From Lama guanicoe (Eukaryota), in the NCBI GenBank assembly GCA_013239625.1, contig MU054400.1, positions 1,161,146 to 1,225,145 of the forward strand: a stretch of 64,000 nt of DNA, written 5' to 3'. Below, in pieces: positions 1-13,339 of this stretch; positions within the stretch are counted from its first letter, which is position 1, and each line of letters begins with the position of its first letter. Both the position numbers and the translations under genes were made by a program. The notes below the pieces were generated by a model. It was not told where the DNA came from. It ran no database searches and saw only the letters and a program-made list of their open reading frames with translations.

Positions 1-188
1 AGAGAAGGCAGGGAGAAAAGGGAAGAGTTGTCTAGAATTGTGGAGAATCTGACTGGGCAGCCTCCATCTCCAACCTTGGAATTCCATAGCCAGATAAGAG
101 AATGCCCTTGCTCTGGCTGATTCCACTCCACCCTCGCCCACTTTGGCTGCATGTAAAGAGGGGCAAAATCTCTCAAAAATGATTTTTA

Positions 189-362
<174 letters not shown>

Positions 363-1114
363 TTATTTCACATCAGCCAGCATTTTGTGATGGCAGGAAG
401 AAATTAACACTGGCCCATCTCAGGAAAGAAAAGACATTACTGTCAGCTTTCCAAAATTATTACAAGACTCTGATCTGTCAGTTACTGCTGGCACTGTTCA
501 CTCAGATCCTTCCATTGGTTTTAATCATTTGTGAGAAAGTATGATTGAAATTAATTAAACATTCTTCCCATAAGACTAAATGACCACAATGCAAATCACT
601 TAGGTAGCCACTTAGATAATTAAATAGAAACTTCTGTGGGCTGCTTTCCAGCCCCCAAAAAAGGACTCATTACTCAGAGGTGAGATAGGCTCATCCATCA
701 CTGTGGCAGTTTGCTAAGATAGCACGAGAGAGGCAATGAATGTACCCAACTGTCTTATGGCTTCTTTCAAGAAGGATGGATTAATTCCACCTCCCCCCAC
801 CTTATTTTTTTTTGGCCTGTAAGCTCTCTGAGATGCATTTCCTACTATTCCTCTGCTGATGCTGTGTTTCACGTTAGAAGCAATCAATGTCCCTTTTAAT
901 AACTTAGGGTTGACCAACAATAGGTCATTACTTCATGGTTAATCAACTGATGGCACTTCAGTACAATGATTTATTTTAGAGCTAATAACTCTACTCTGCA
1001 TCCCTGAAATAAAGAACTCCATGGTGGCAGGATGTCCTGTTGTTGACAACACATATTTCAAAGTCACATTAGGGAAAGGCATACAATGCAAGTCCCTGCA
1101 TAATTCCAGCTCAC

Positions 1115-1236
1115 CTGCCAAATGTTCTCTTGGCTGAATCTTTGATCTGAATTTGGATGACAGCATGGGAGCGGGAGGAGTCTGCGTTAACTCCAGTGGC
1201 CCCGGTACTGCGCTCCTTGCTGCCCTTCAGGATCAC
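1115..1236 (-). CDS. KIF24: KIF24 coding exon 6 (122 nt), switch I
   Basis: VILKGSKERSTGATGVNADSSRSHAVIQIQIKDSAKRTFG (NxxSSRSH). ttttcag acceptor, CAG|GTGAG donor; cumulative 1337 nt. Confidence 0.96.
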
Positions 1237-2248
1237 CTGAAAATAAAATCCATAGGTGACTCCCCAAGGAGTAAACAAAGCTCTCTGGCCCCTAAGAGTT
1301 GGCTGAGAGCAGTAGAGACCAGACATACAGCTTTGTCAGTACACTGCGGCTTTTTCCCTCTGTGTGGAAAGCTGCCTAAACACTAAATCATACAGAGTAA
1401 GTACCCAACAGCAATGAGAACAATGTGGAATACTAATCTTGGGGGAGAACATTCAATAGCTCAAGAGCTAATTTACTTCTTGATCTCATATACTCTTTTT
1501 AATATCTTTGATGGATTTAGCCTGACTAAAATCCCCAGGGCATAACTTGGCTCCAAAGTAAGGTCCCATAATACCCATCTATCGTAGTAACTGAAGCAAA
1601 GGACAGAAATGTGCATCACAGAATGAATAATCACATCCACCTGTTCCACCATGATGCAGTCATCAAGGAGACCAGGCCCAATGTGCAGGAACATGGAAGT
1701 GATGAGTTACCACAATTGCTGTGAGTCTGTGATTTCCCTTGAGACCACAGCCGCTCCAAATGGGAGTAAAGACTAATTTAGGACCCTCTGGCCACAAGGG
1801 AATGGGGGAGAAGAGATGAAGCCCCAGAATTGGTCTCAAGCCACTGAAAACACAGCCATGTATGAACATGCTGCCCTGATCTGGGAAGGACTGTTGATTA
1901 CTGAGAATCAAAAAGGTGAAGAACTTTAAATGTTTGACAGAATCCTCACAATAGCTTAACATGAGGTGAGTATGATAATTATGCCCAGTTTACAGCTGAG
2001 GAATAAACTCAGAGGTTGCTTTGCTCATAGTCAAATAGCTGCTATGTGGCAGAACCAAATTTCGCATCTAGTATTGTCTGACTCCAAAGCCCATGTGGTT
2101 TTTACTACACTGTGGGGCACTTATTCACTTATTTTGCAGTGAATTAGGGTAAGGAAGTCCTATCTCCTTTTTCCTCAATTTCTCAGAATTTTAATTTGTA
2201 TCATATGGAACATAGGCCACAGTTTTCAAATTAAGAGTCTAAAAGTTG

Positions 2249-2590
2249 GGGTTGGGGGGAAGAGGAGGGGAACAGCAGTAGAGGACATGCTTAGCATGCA
2301 CAAGGTCATGGATTCAATCCCCAGTACCTCTATTTAAGAAAAGAAGAAGAAAAGAAGAAGAGAAGAAGAAGAGAAGAGAAGAGAAGAGAAGAGAGAAGAG
2401 AGAAGAGAGAAGAGAGAAGAGAGAAGAGAGAAGAGAAGAGAAGAGAAGAGAAGAGAAGAGAAGAGAAGGGAGAGGAGAAGAGAAGAGAAGAGAGAAGAGA
2501 AGAGAGAAGAGAAGAGAGAAGAGGAGAGGAGAGGAGAGGAGAGGAGAGGAGAGGAGAGGAGAGGAGAGGAGAGGAGAGGAGAGAAGAGAA
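2249..2590 (+). mobile_element. vic-1-like tRNA-derived SINE with expanded purine microsatellite tail
   Basis: Body ...agtagag...gcttagcatgcacaaggtcatggattcaatccccagtacctc. Degenerate TSD agagtctaaaagttg (2234-2248) / agaatccaaaagttg (2587-2601). Confidence 0.8.
2336..2590 (+). repeat. Compound polypurine microsatellite (AGAAG)n/(AGAGAAG)n/(AGAGG)n
   Basis: 255 consecutive purines. Confidence 0.97.
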
Positions 2591-2945
2591 TCCAAAAGTT
2601 GATGGAGTCAAACTTCAATAACAGTCCATAAAATAACAAGCAGGGTCAGGTACTTTCAAAAAATTTAACTAACTAGTAATAAGTTCCTCCATGGTCTAAG
2701 CAATAGCTATATCTGTAAAGATCATCTGTATGTGAGATTTAGAATTGTATTTTAGGATCAAATTTTAAATGCCCTAATTTTGTAAATAGCTTGCTAAAAG
2801 TTTAAAGGGATTATCTGATGAATCCTTTTGTAAAGAGCAGAATTTATTCATTTAAAACCTGGCTTATCAACTGCATGGATAGCATGTTGCTGCTAATCAG
2901 AAATTAGAAAGACAGTAATCCCTTTTATTGGGTGTGGCAAGTGCC

Positions 2946-2984
2946 AAAAAAAAAAAAAAAAAAAACAAAAAAAAAAAAAAAAAA
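2946..2984 (+). repeat. Poly(A) tract A20-C-A18
   Basis: Read directly from the sequence. Confidence 0.95.
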
Positions 2985-5900
2985 GCACTGATAACTAAGC
3001 CTGCACACTAGCTAGGGCACTTAAGGCCAAATCTATGACTGAACCATCTAGTTTAAATGCACTTCCTCATCCTGGCCTCTCCCTATTGCTCTGATCTCAC
3101 GCATTCATAGACGATGGATTACCACAGATCTGTATTATTCTTTTTATCAAACTTCCCTTTTTCATTACAAAAGAAAGACATGCTTCCTGTGGAAAACTTG
3201 GAAAATACAGGAAAAGTATTAAGAAGAATATACCTTCCATAACCTAGAGTTAACAAGTTTCTGATGCATTTATTTCCTCCCAGAGTTTTAGAGTTCTCAA
3301 AGCTTTTGATTTTTTTTTTTTTTTGCTAATTTCTTTTGGTCTTTTACAAACCCTGTGAAGAGACAGGGGAGATCTTTTAAATGTCTACATTTGTGATTTG
3401 TGTAAGCGATAAGCTTGATGGATAAAGGAATGATCAGAGAAGTTAAATGACCTATCCAACTCACTTATCACATAGGTAGAATGTGGTCAGGCTAGGGACA
3501 GAAGCCAGGTACCCTCTGCCACACGTAAGCAATGATGCCACTTCTGCCAGACTCTAATGAGAGCTCAAAGGGGCCTCAAGGCCATACTTGATCAGGAAAT
3601 GTGGATACTGACAGGAAGCTCATGGGATGGCCTTGTGTTTGACACCCAGGGAAGTCAAGAAAGATTGTCTTCTGGGGCTCTGTTACAGAGTTTTATATTT
3701 GGCTTTTCATTGCACCTTGTCCACCATGAGGTACTAGGTACCTGTGAGTGCGTCTCAGAAAATCTAACATGTTGACGCAAACTTTGCTGACTAAATGCCT
3801 TTTAGGGAAAGCATGAAGGCATTTCTGGTCCATGGGCCAATTTCCTCAGCTTCAGTAACAGTCTGCAGTCATCATGCTTTTTAGAAACTGTGGAATAAAG
3901 CAACTGAGCTCTGAGGAGTAAAAATGAGGCAGTCTGTGAAAATCATCTGACAAACTTCTGTAAATGACAAACTCTAGTGTGGCAGATAGTGAAATCTGAA
4001 GTTAGACTGTCTGGGTTCACATGCCAGCTCTGACTATACAGTTGTTTGAAATTTTGTAATGTAAGAACTTTGCAAATCTCAGTTTCTCATCTATAAAATG
4101 GTAATCTCATAGGTTACTCATGAGTAGTATGTAAAATACTTAGTACCATGACTGGCACCATAAGTTCTCAATAAGTATTAATTTAAAAAAATATAATAAA
4201 GAACTAACATCTTCGTGTAAACTTCCAAAACTTAAACTATGTCTTTTACAAAATGTAAAACAATCAGTTTCATAAGGAATTAGAGCTTTACAGATCAACA
4301 TGAGATTCCATGGGCTCCCCAGCACAATTAAAAATTTAAAAAAGAAGGAAGGAAAGTAGGAAGGAAGGGAATTAAGAAGAAAAAAAGATGCAATCTATTT
4401 GGAGGAAATGCAAGCTTAGGAGCAGAGCAAAATTCAATCATTCTAAAAATCACGAGGCCCCCTTCTCTGCTCACTACCTCCTTCTCAAGTTCTTTGTTCC
4501 ATAACTAAAGTCTATTGGGCGAGTTTTAAAATCTAGGTCCTTAGATATAACATGTTATGTGAGTAGTGAAATGAGGACCTGCTACAATAGAAAGTAGAGA
4601 CAACTGCTGAATTCTGTGGCACTAGGAAATATTCAGGGATTTAGTAATAGACCTAACAAATTGAACTAGCATCCCCGTAAGCATTATATGTACCTTATCA
4701 CATCTCCTTCTCTATCACCCGACCCTATCATCTAGTATCATCCACATGTTTCAGGCTCAGAAAGGTAAAGGACATACTCAAGGACACACGGCGCTGAGAC
4801 TCAGCTTTGTCTGGTTATAAGGCTTTGATCCTAAGCTCCCTGCACAAATACCAAAGATGGACTATGAGTACTTCAGTATGATAGGCACTGTGTAGAGACT
4901 AAGCATCTATCACTGGCATACAGCTGAGGCTCCTCTAGGGGAAGCTCTTGCTCTGTGGGTCTCTGCTACCAACTACAGCCAAGGCAATGACAAAACATTT
5001 ATTAGAAGTTTGGGAATGGATACACAGAAGTATGTGAAATGTCAGTAGGAATGACTAAAAAACCAGAAAATCTCTGCAACTGAAAAAATGCCAGTCGTTT
5101 GCCTGACAGACAAAATCTTGACTCCAAATCTGGATGGGTCACCGAGTCCTCCGTAAAGGCAGGGAAAACCTGGTGCCTGCATTGGTAAAACCAGGTAACA
5201 AAATACACCTGGAAGAAAAAAGTTCCTGGAGGAATGACAGTCCTGTGTGGAAAATGAAGCTGCAGTTGCAAGGGCAGGCGACAACTGGCCATGCCTGAGT
5301 GAGCCTGAGGGTGATCTGTGATGGTGACGCACATGAAGGTGATACCTGAGGGTGACACTTGAGCAAACACATGGGTGATATCTGAGTGAGAGTGAGTAGT
5401 GACACCTGAGGGAGAGTGAGTGTGACACCTAAGTTAGCAAGTGCTATTGTTTCAAGTCAATAAATGTTTATGAGGGTAACCATGTCAGATATCCATAATT
5501 TATATCAACTTTCCACTTTCATCTCAGCTGGCTCCCTTCTTGTACCTCATACGCATTACAGACTGAGGGTATCAGTGACAATACTATGTTGACTAACATA
5601 CCTTAGGATACAGCAGTGCCATAAACTCTCCCAGAGTGAGACTGATTTGACACCAGATTGCCCGTTAACACAGTTATGACCCACAGCCAAGGGACTTCTT
5701 TTTAGTATTTCATCCTTTCCCATTTGATTGATCTAATTTTCAGGGACTACAGCATCATGAGAACCAATGCCCCTGAAACTCCCAGCCAAATGAAGGAATG
5801 GCTATGGTAGATAGGGACAAGAGGACCACAGGGAACAGGTGTATGAGAAATAATTTCCTTAGGACTCTACAGTGGAGGGAGCTCTGGACAGGTTAAGAAT

Positions 5901-6329
5901 GGTCACAGTCTTCAACATGTACCACACACTTTGGTTCTGTCCTGCCTTTGCAATCACTGTAAAGGGGCTCATAGGTGACTATCTAAAATAGCCACACACA
6001 GGTGCCATCCTTGGATTTTGGATCCCAGAACTCAGGAATCTGATAATCACACAAATACATGGTCCCAGACCTTAGAGAAAATTCACCTATTTGTCCCAGG
6101 AAAAAGAAACTGTTAGAAAAACACACATATCAATGGTGGGCCATCCCACCATTTCACACACTAAAGTCCCTCAAGGGGTGTACTGTGAAGCTGTTCTAAA
6201 GGTGGGTATTGTCAAGATCCCAGCCTGTTCTTCTAGCCTTCTCCCTTTGACAGCCAGGCTTGTCAGATATACTTGAGTGACTATAATGGCTGTGTGTTAG
6301 AATCACGTTGGGAACTTTTAAAATAATAC

Positions 6330-6925
6330 CCACTTTCATACATTGCTGGTGGGAATGTAAAATTGGTGCAGCCACTTTGGAAAACAGTTTGGCAGGTCCT
6401 CGAAGAGTATGACTAAACAATTCCACTCCCAGGCATATATACTCAAGAAAACTGAAAACATATGTCCACATAAAAACTTATATATGAATGTTCGTAGCAG
6501 CATTATTCATAGTAGCCAAAAAGTTAAAACAACCTGCATGTCCATCAACTGATGGATGAATAAAATATGGTATATCAATACAATAAAATATTAGGCCATA
6601 AAAAGGAATGAAGTACTATACATTCAACAACATGGATGAACCTCAAAAATATTATGCTAAGTGAAAGAAGGCAGAGACAAAAGGTTGTATATTATGTGAT
6701 TACATTTATATGGTATATAATAGGTAAATCCATAGAGATAGAAACTAATGGTTGTCCGGCACCAGGGGCAGGGGAAATAAGAATTAAGTGCTAACGGTAT
6801 AGGGTTTCATTTGAGTGTGATGAGAACATTCTGGAATGAGATAGTGATGATGACTGCATAACTGTTTGAAAATACTAAAAAAAAAAATTACTACTTTGTA
6901 TATTTTAAAAGGGTGAATATGAAAA
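6330..6925 (+). mobile_element. Old L1 (L1M-type) 3' fragment
   Basis: L1 3'-end motifs: ggtgggaatgtaaaattggtgcagccactttggaaaacag, catggatgaacctcaaaaatattatgctaagtgaaagaag. Confidence 0.85.
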
Positions 6926-7399
6926 AACAAATTTTCAAATACCTTGGGAAGGATATGCAAAAACTAGAAAATAAATTAGCTGTCTCAGGAAAAGGGAATG
7001 GAAGGAATATTTTCGTTGTACTTTTTGAATTTTAAATCCATGTGATAGTATCACCTATTAAAATATTTAAAATAAGAGTATTTCCTATTTCCAGAAGCCT
7101 TTTTCAGAGCCCACTACCATAAAAATACACAGTAGCAGCCTTTGAAACTGGCCCCAAAGTGTCCTCTCATGCATTAAGCTCTCCCGCATGCTCCACCTCC
7201 CACTACAAAGGCGTTGAGACAACATTGCAGTAGAAGGAGCCATCCTTCAGGGGAGGGTTCATATTTCATAAGTGTGAAGTGGCATGTTTGTCACTGCCCA
7301 CTGCCTAAATCTGAGTCCATCATACTTGCTAGATAGCAAAATGAAGTCTTTCCCTGTACTTTGGCTGCTCTGGTGGGGTAGTAAAGAAGGAAGAATTAC

Positions 7400-7487
7400 C
7401 TCTAGAAGAAGCTCCACAGTGTCCACCTGAAGCTCTCGCAGTCCCACTATCTGTACCACGTGCTTGCTGTCTTCTCTTGCGAAGAGC
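7400..7487 (-). CDS. KIF24: KIF24 coding exon 5 (88 nt)
   Basis: LFAREDSKHVVQIVGLRELQVDTVELLLE. ctgcag acceptor, GAG|GTAAT donor; cumulative 1215 nt. Confidence 0.95.
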
Positions 7488-7689
7488 CTGCAGATGTGAG
7501 AGCACGGTTGGTACGGCACACCTCCTGTAACAGACTCCCCAGACACCATCCCACCACTTTCCCATTAAGCAGCAGTTTTTCTGTTTGTGTGGGATTGATG
7601 TGCATTCCCCTTGCCCACCCCCACACCTCCTGACTCCAGCAAACAAATCAGCATCTCTGGCTACAATGAAAAGAATGAGCGTATAACCC

Positions 7690-8105
7690 AGACCTATGCC
7701 AATCTGTGGATGGTGCTTTCCCAGCTACAGTGATTGGTTCAGGAGTGGAGATGGGATCTCTGCAGCTGAAAATAAAGTCCTAGTCTCTGGGTGTTAGGTG
7801 CCTGGGGGTGAGGAGCTCTCTTTTTCTCTCAGGAAGTGAAAGCATGTGGCCCTGGGAACAGTGGCAGCCATTTTGCATCTACAAAAGTGACAATTTTGGA
7901 ATGAAGATAACACCATATAAGGTAGAGCAGAGAGATGCAAAGAAACTGGGTCTTTATAACATCCCTGAACTCCTAGAGTAAAAAGACCCTTAGGCCTCAC
8001 TGTGCTCTAGGCTTTCTAGATATATGAGCTAATGATTTCCCTAAATGCTTAAGCCAGCATGAGTAGGGTTTTATTTTACTAATTGCAGTATGAGTCCTGA
8101 TACGT
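7690..8105 (+). mobile_element. MaLR (MLT1-like) LTR relic
   Basis: gtgattggttcagg...gcagccattttg...gcttaagccag...gtcctgatac pattern. Confidence 0.55.
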
Positions 8106-9465
8106 TTTCTAAGGCAGCTGGGAAGAACTGGTGCTGCAAATGAAAGCCTCAGGCCTGCGCGTAATGTAATGAGTGGTTGTGGTCTACCACAGTCATTAAA
8201 CTAGATCCAGCAAGGCACATGTATTGAATCTATCAGAGACTAAGATTATTTTCTCCCTTGGTAAGATACTGATTAAAATTCATAATGGAATTTCATTTCA
8301 TAGCCAAAAAAGAAATGATTTTCTCAAGAATTTTTTCAGTCTATACCTCACCCCAAGTTTCCAAATTTTTACAGAAGGACTGAAGGAAAACAGCCTCACC
8401 AAGGCCCATGACCTCTCAGAAGACAACCAATTGGAACAGTCAGGCTTCTGGAATAAAAGAGGGAGCTAGCTCTCAGAGCCCTCACACTACTCCTGAGCAT
8501 CCTCCCCAGGCCCTGTACCCTGAACTCACCCCAGAAAGGTTCCTGATGAACAGCCGAAAATGTACTGCTATATTTTTAAGTCACAGAAGTAAGAAATACA
8601 TTTCTACCACTTTTTATGCAAAGGTATAAAAACTTATCCTCTACTTTCACTTCCTGAGAGAAAAAGAGAGCTCCTCACCCCCAGGCACCTAACACCCAGA
8701 GACTAGGACTACTTTAAAGAGTTAATTTTAAGATCTTTAAATTTTGGTTTCTAGTTTGACATAGACTGAGCTATATACTTCTATCTACCTTTGTCAAAGC
8801 CCCACTTATTATAGAATATATAGTTTATTAAAAAAAAAGTTAAGTCTTAACAGCTCTAAACAAACAAGAAAGGGTGCCATCAGTGGAGCAGGACATTTCA
8901 GAAGTCTCAGAAATGTAGGAAACAAAGAGGTATTAACCAGAGACAATAAAAAAACCCCAAAACAGTGATCCCACAGCCCAAGACACTGCAGTAAGTGTGG
9001 GTCTTCCCTAGAGAGCCCTAGAGAAGCTTTAAACCCAGGAGTTAGCATATTCCCATCCCCCTGGCTACAAATAGAGAATGCAAAAATACAGGGTGGTATA
9101 TCAGGGTCATTCATTAAAGAACTGCCTTCACAAACAGCTGGACATCCTGATTGTCTCTTCACACAAACAAACCACGGACACATACACACCATAACAGTGG
9201 CTTTTACTCTCACGCCAACTGTTCTTTAAAGAAAGTGGCCATTCTGACTGGAAAGGGCTCCTAATAAGGGCACTGGGGCTTGGAAGAAACGCTGTGATGG
9301 AGCTAACTTGAGGCTTCAAAACCAACATAGAGAGGGTAGAAAAGAAAAGCAACCCTTCCCCAAAGCAACCCCAGAGTAGCAGCGGCCTTAACTTAGCAGT
9401 TGTGTCACTATAGAGTCCCCAACACCTGCACATTCTCTGAACTGTGGCATACTCAAGGCCACCTA

Positions 9466-10600
9466 CTTTTTAAAAATTGAAGTATAGTTGATTTACAATG
9501 TTATGTTAGTTTCTGGTGTACAACAGTGATTCAACCATATATATATATATGTATGTATACACACACACACACACATATACCTTTTCATTATAGGTTATTA
9601 TGAGATACTGAATATAGTTTCCTGTGCTATACCCTAGGACTCTGTTGTTATGTTTTATATACAGTAGCTTGTATCTACTAATCCCAAACTCCTAATTTAA
9701 TTCCCTCACTTTCCCCTCTGATAACTATAAATTTGTTTTCTATGTCTGTTAGTCTTTGTTTTGTAAACAAGTTCATTTGTATTTTTTTAGATTCCACATT
9801 TAATTGATATGTGATATTTTTTCTTTCTCAGTCTGACTTACTTCATTTAGTTTGATAATCTCTAAGTCCATCCATGTTGCTGCAAATGGCATTATTTCAT
9901 TCTTTTTTATGACTGAGTAGTATTCCATTGTGTATATATACACAACTTCTTTATCCAACCATCTGTCAATGAACATTTTAGTCGCTTCCATGTCTTGGCT
10001 ATTGTAAATAGTACTGCTATGAACACTGGGGGTGCATGTATCTTTCTGAACTGGAGTTTCCTCCAGATATATGCCCAGGAATGGGATTGCTGGATCATAT
10101 GGTAACTCTATTTTTAGTTTTTAAAGGAATCTCTTTACCATCTTCCACAGTGGCTGCACCAAATTACATTCCCACCAACCTTGTAGGAGGGTTCCCCTTT
10201 CTGCACACCCTCTCCAGCATTTAATGTTTGTGGACTAGATGGCCATTCTGACTGGTGTGAGGTGATGCCTCATTGTAGTTTTGATTTGTAGTTCTCTGAT
10301 AATTAGCAATACTGAACATCTTTTCATGTGCCTATTGGCCATCTAGATGTCTTCATTGCAGAAATGTCTGTTTAGGTCTTCTGCCCATTTTTTGATTGGG
10401 TTGTTATTGAGTTGCAAGAGCTGTTTGTATATTCTGGAAATTAAGCCCTTGTCAGTAGCATCGTTTGCAAATATTTTCTCCTAGTCCATAGGTTGTCTTT
10501 TTGTTTTGTTTATGGTTTCCTTTGCTGTACAAAAGCTTATAGGGTTAATTAGGTTTCATTTGTTTATTTCTGCTTTTATTTTTATTGCCTTGGGAGACTG
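9466..10600 (-). mobile_element. 5'-truncated L1 (ORF2 C-terminus plus 3'UTR)
   Basis: ORF pieces [26 protein letters not shown] and [14 protein letters not shown] are L1 ORF2p C-terminal sequence. Confidence 0.92.
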
Positions 10601-11666
10601 TAAAGGTCTCGTTTTTTTTTTTGCTGGAATAGTCCACAGGATGGCGGACTGCCTAAGCCCACTTTGGTGACCTCTCCAGTTCTGCTACCCAATACCCTAC
10701 TGCCCCTCCGTAATGGGGGCTGCCCTATCATGCTCTCCTTGCTGAACTAGAGCTGCTCCTCCACACCTACTCCCCATTCCAGTGTTTGCCTGGAGCACAC
10801 AAAACTTGCATGATCTTTTGGACAGCTCTGTAGGGGCTTAGATACCTTTGCTGGGGGCTAGTCTCTTTCACTGATTTGGTTTCCCCAGACTTCCATCATG
10901 CTCAGACTCAACTCACTCCTCTCCACCTGGTGTGGCTGCTCCCAACATGTCTCAGGTCTGGTTAATTCTGTTATGACAATCTTTTATCCTTCCCCTTCCC
11001 CTACTCCCTCTCTCTCCTCCTCATTCTCCCAGTCAGTGGATACCTTCACAATTTTGTTGCCTCCTACTCAGTAAAAATCATCTGTTCTAACCAGAACAAA
11101 ACTTAATGCCAGAAAAACACAATAGGTATTTAAAAATCAGTTACTGAATACATTTCTAAAGTAATGAATTATACTGCAAGGGCAATAGTTTAAGCCTTAT
11201 AAGAGTTAAAGTCTAATGTAAAGAAAAGATCTTCTTTTTACTGATTTCAGAAAACTATCATTAAGCTTACCCTAAGATTACTGAGAGGAAAAACAAGAGA
11301 AAATTGCAAACATTATTTATAGTTCTCCCAGTGTAATAGCTCAAAAGAATAGGAAGGGATTTAAGTACATGTTGGTTTCCTGACTTCCTGAAATTACAAC
11401 CTTTTTCATAGACCAAAATAAAAGGGATACAGTTTTTTGATGAACATTAGGATATTGATCACTTCAAAAATACTAATAGAAGGCTAATTTATGTTTTCCT
11501 CTAGCTGAATTGACAGTTTAAAAAAATATGCATCTGATTCAGGAGACTCTCATTTCACAAAAGGGCATTAATGTACCAAAGCTTCTCATTAAATCCCATG
11601 GTTCAGTGGGACTCTGGCTTAAAACAATAAAGAATAGATTTACAGTTTCCCATTCATATCCAATAC

Positions 11667-11882
11667 CTTTTCCTTCTATTTAGGAGGTCATAAAGCTGTC
11701 CACAGTAGATTTCATAGAAGCTGATCCACACAAAGAGGTGCCTTCTTGGCTGGGTCACTTCTAGCTGTCTGAAGATGTCTTTGGCAGCCAGAGCATACAG
11801 TCCCGGGTTCTGATGTGTTCCTATCATGGTGTAAGTCTTTCCTGCACCTGTCTGCCCATATGCAAAGCAAGTGGCATTGCCT
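11667..11882 (-). CDS. KIF24: KIF24 coding exon 4 (216 nt), P-loop
   Basis: [19 protein letters not shown]...[19 protein letters not shown]. cccccag acceptor, AAG|GTATT donor; cumulative 1127 nt. Confidence 0.97.
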
Positions 11883-13339
11883 CTGGGGGAAGAATTATTT
11901 GTATTACTTTTAAATATTAAGAGAAATGCTAATCTACACACATATTTTTAAATGACAAAAGACAGGTAGAAAAAGAATCCTTGACAAAGTTCAGCTATAA
12001 AACATACAGTCCTTTAAGGAGAAGAGGGCTTTACATTATAAAAACATGGGAAGAGGAAAAAAATTCTCAAAGCAGTACATGAGTTTTTTAATAGAAATTT
12101 TTTATGAAACTGGTAAGACCCTAAGACAACTCTAGGAGATAAGCAAAGACCACATGCTAGGTGTTTTGGGGGATCCCAGAGGGGGGAAAAAAAGTTAATT
12201 CTGAAAGATAAGTTTGGTGAAAGAAGTAATAGAGAATTAAATACAATGAATAATAGAAGATCATACAATAAATAGGATAGTGGTGACCACTCATTTGAAT
12301 ATTAAGGAAGTTCAGATAGAAGTAAAATAAATTTAAGCAAAATATTTAAAGGACTCACAAAAGATCTCTTAGGGTCTCAATTTTCATTTCTATCAATAAA
12401 TTATTGGGTTACTTGATTTCTAAGATCCCTTCTGGCCCTGATGTCTATGATTCTAAGTGAGAGTCCCTATTCTTGCATGTGGCTATGTGTGTGTACACAC
12501 AACCCATGAGTGTACAAAACTGCAGAATAAGAGGTGGAAAGGAGAACTTGGAGACCAATTTGCCAGTCACAGTATGTTTTAGGAGGAGTTGAAGCCAAGA
12601 TTACCTAAGTATTGTGGGTCCTATGTACTATGTAGTCCTAGTACTATGTAGTACTAATGAGAGAGTAAACATAATGTTATGCAGTAAGTAGCTATTGCAG
12701 ACTATTGAACAGGAATCACATGGATTAATGATAAAAGTAGCTACCTGCAGCAAGAAAAAAGTCTATGTATGGACACAGGGGAGGGGGAGGCAGAGAGATG
12801 AATACATAGAAGACAGACAGAAACCAAAAAAAGGGTGAAATGATAAGAGCAAAGGAACCACGAAGGTGTGAGAATCAAAAGATAGGCGCTAACCAGATTT
12901 AAGCAGAGACCATTTACTCCTTGTCTTTTAAACCATGGCTCCCAGCAGTGTAAGCCCTTGAAAATACAGGCACAGCCACAGTTAAGAAAAGAATTTCAGG
13001 AGAAAAATCTGAACACACTGAAGATCATCTAGCAGAATTAGTGTAGAGAATAATATCTACCTTATCTTCTGAGCATTTTACTGACGACCTATTTTCAAAA
13101 AACAACAGATGAAGAAATCTCCTATTACATTTACAGAACTTACCTAATAATTTCACTTAACTTGCAACCCTCTTATTTTTTATTGGTAATGTCTTAATAT
13201 AAAAATTCTAACTTATTTTAGAAAACTGCTCTCTCAAAAAGCACTCGCTAAATTTGGTGCATAAGAAATTGAATCTAAAAGAGATTTCACTTTTTTAGTG
13301 AAATCTGCTCATTGAAAAAAAAAATTGCTACACAACAAC

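Noticed and set aside
2314..2639. Three overlapping Leu/Ser/Phe-rich ORFs
   Set aside because: Translations of the purine microsatellite's complementary strand.
5292..5432. Repeat-spacer pattern superficially like a CRISPR array
   Set aside because: Units are short, degenerate and irregularly spaced; mammalian intron with no cas genes.
9800..10224. ORFs resembling a protein C-terminus
   Set aside because: Frameshifted L1 ORF2 remnants; ORFs at 34645-35734 likewise lie within an L1.
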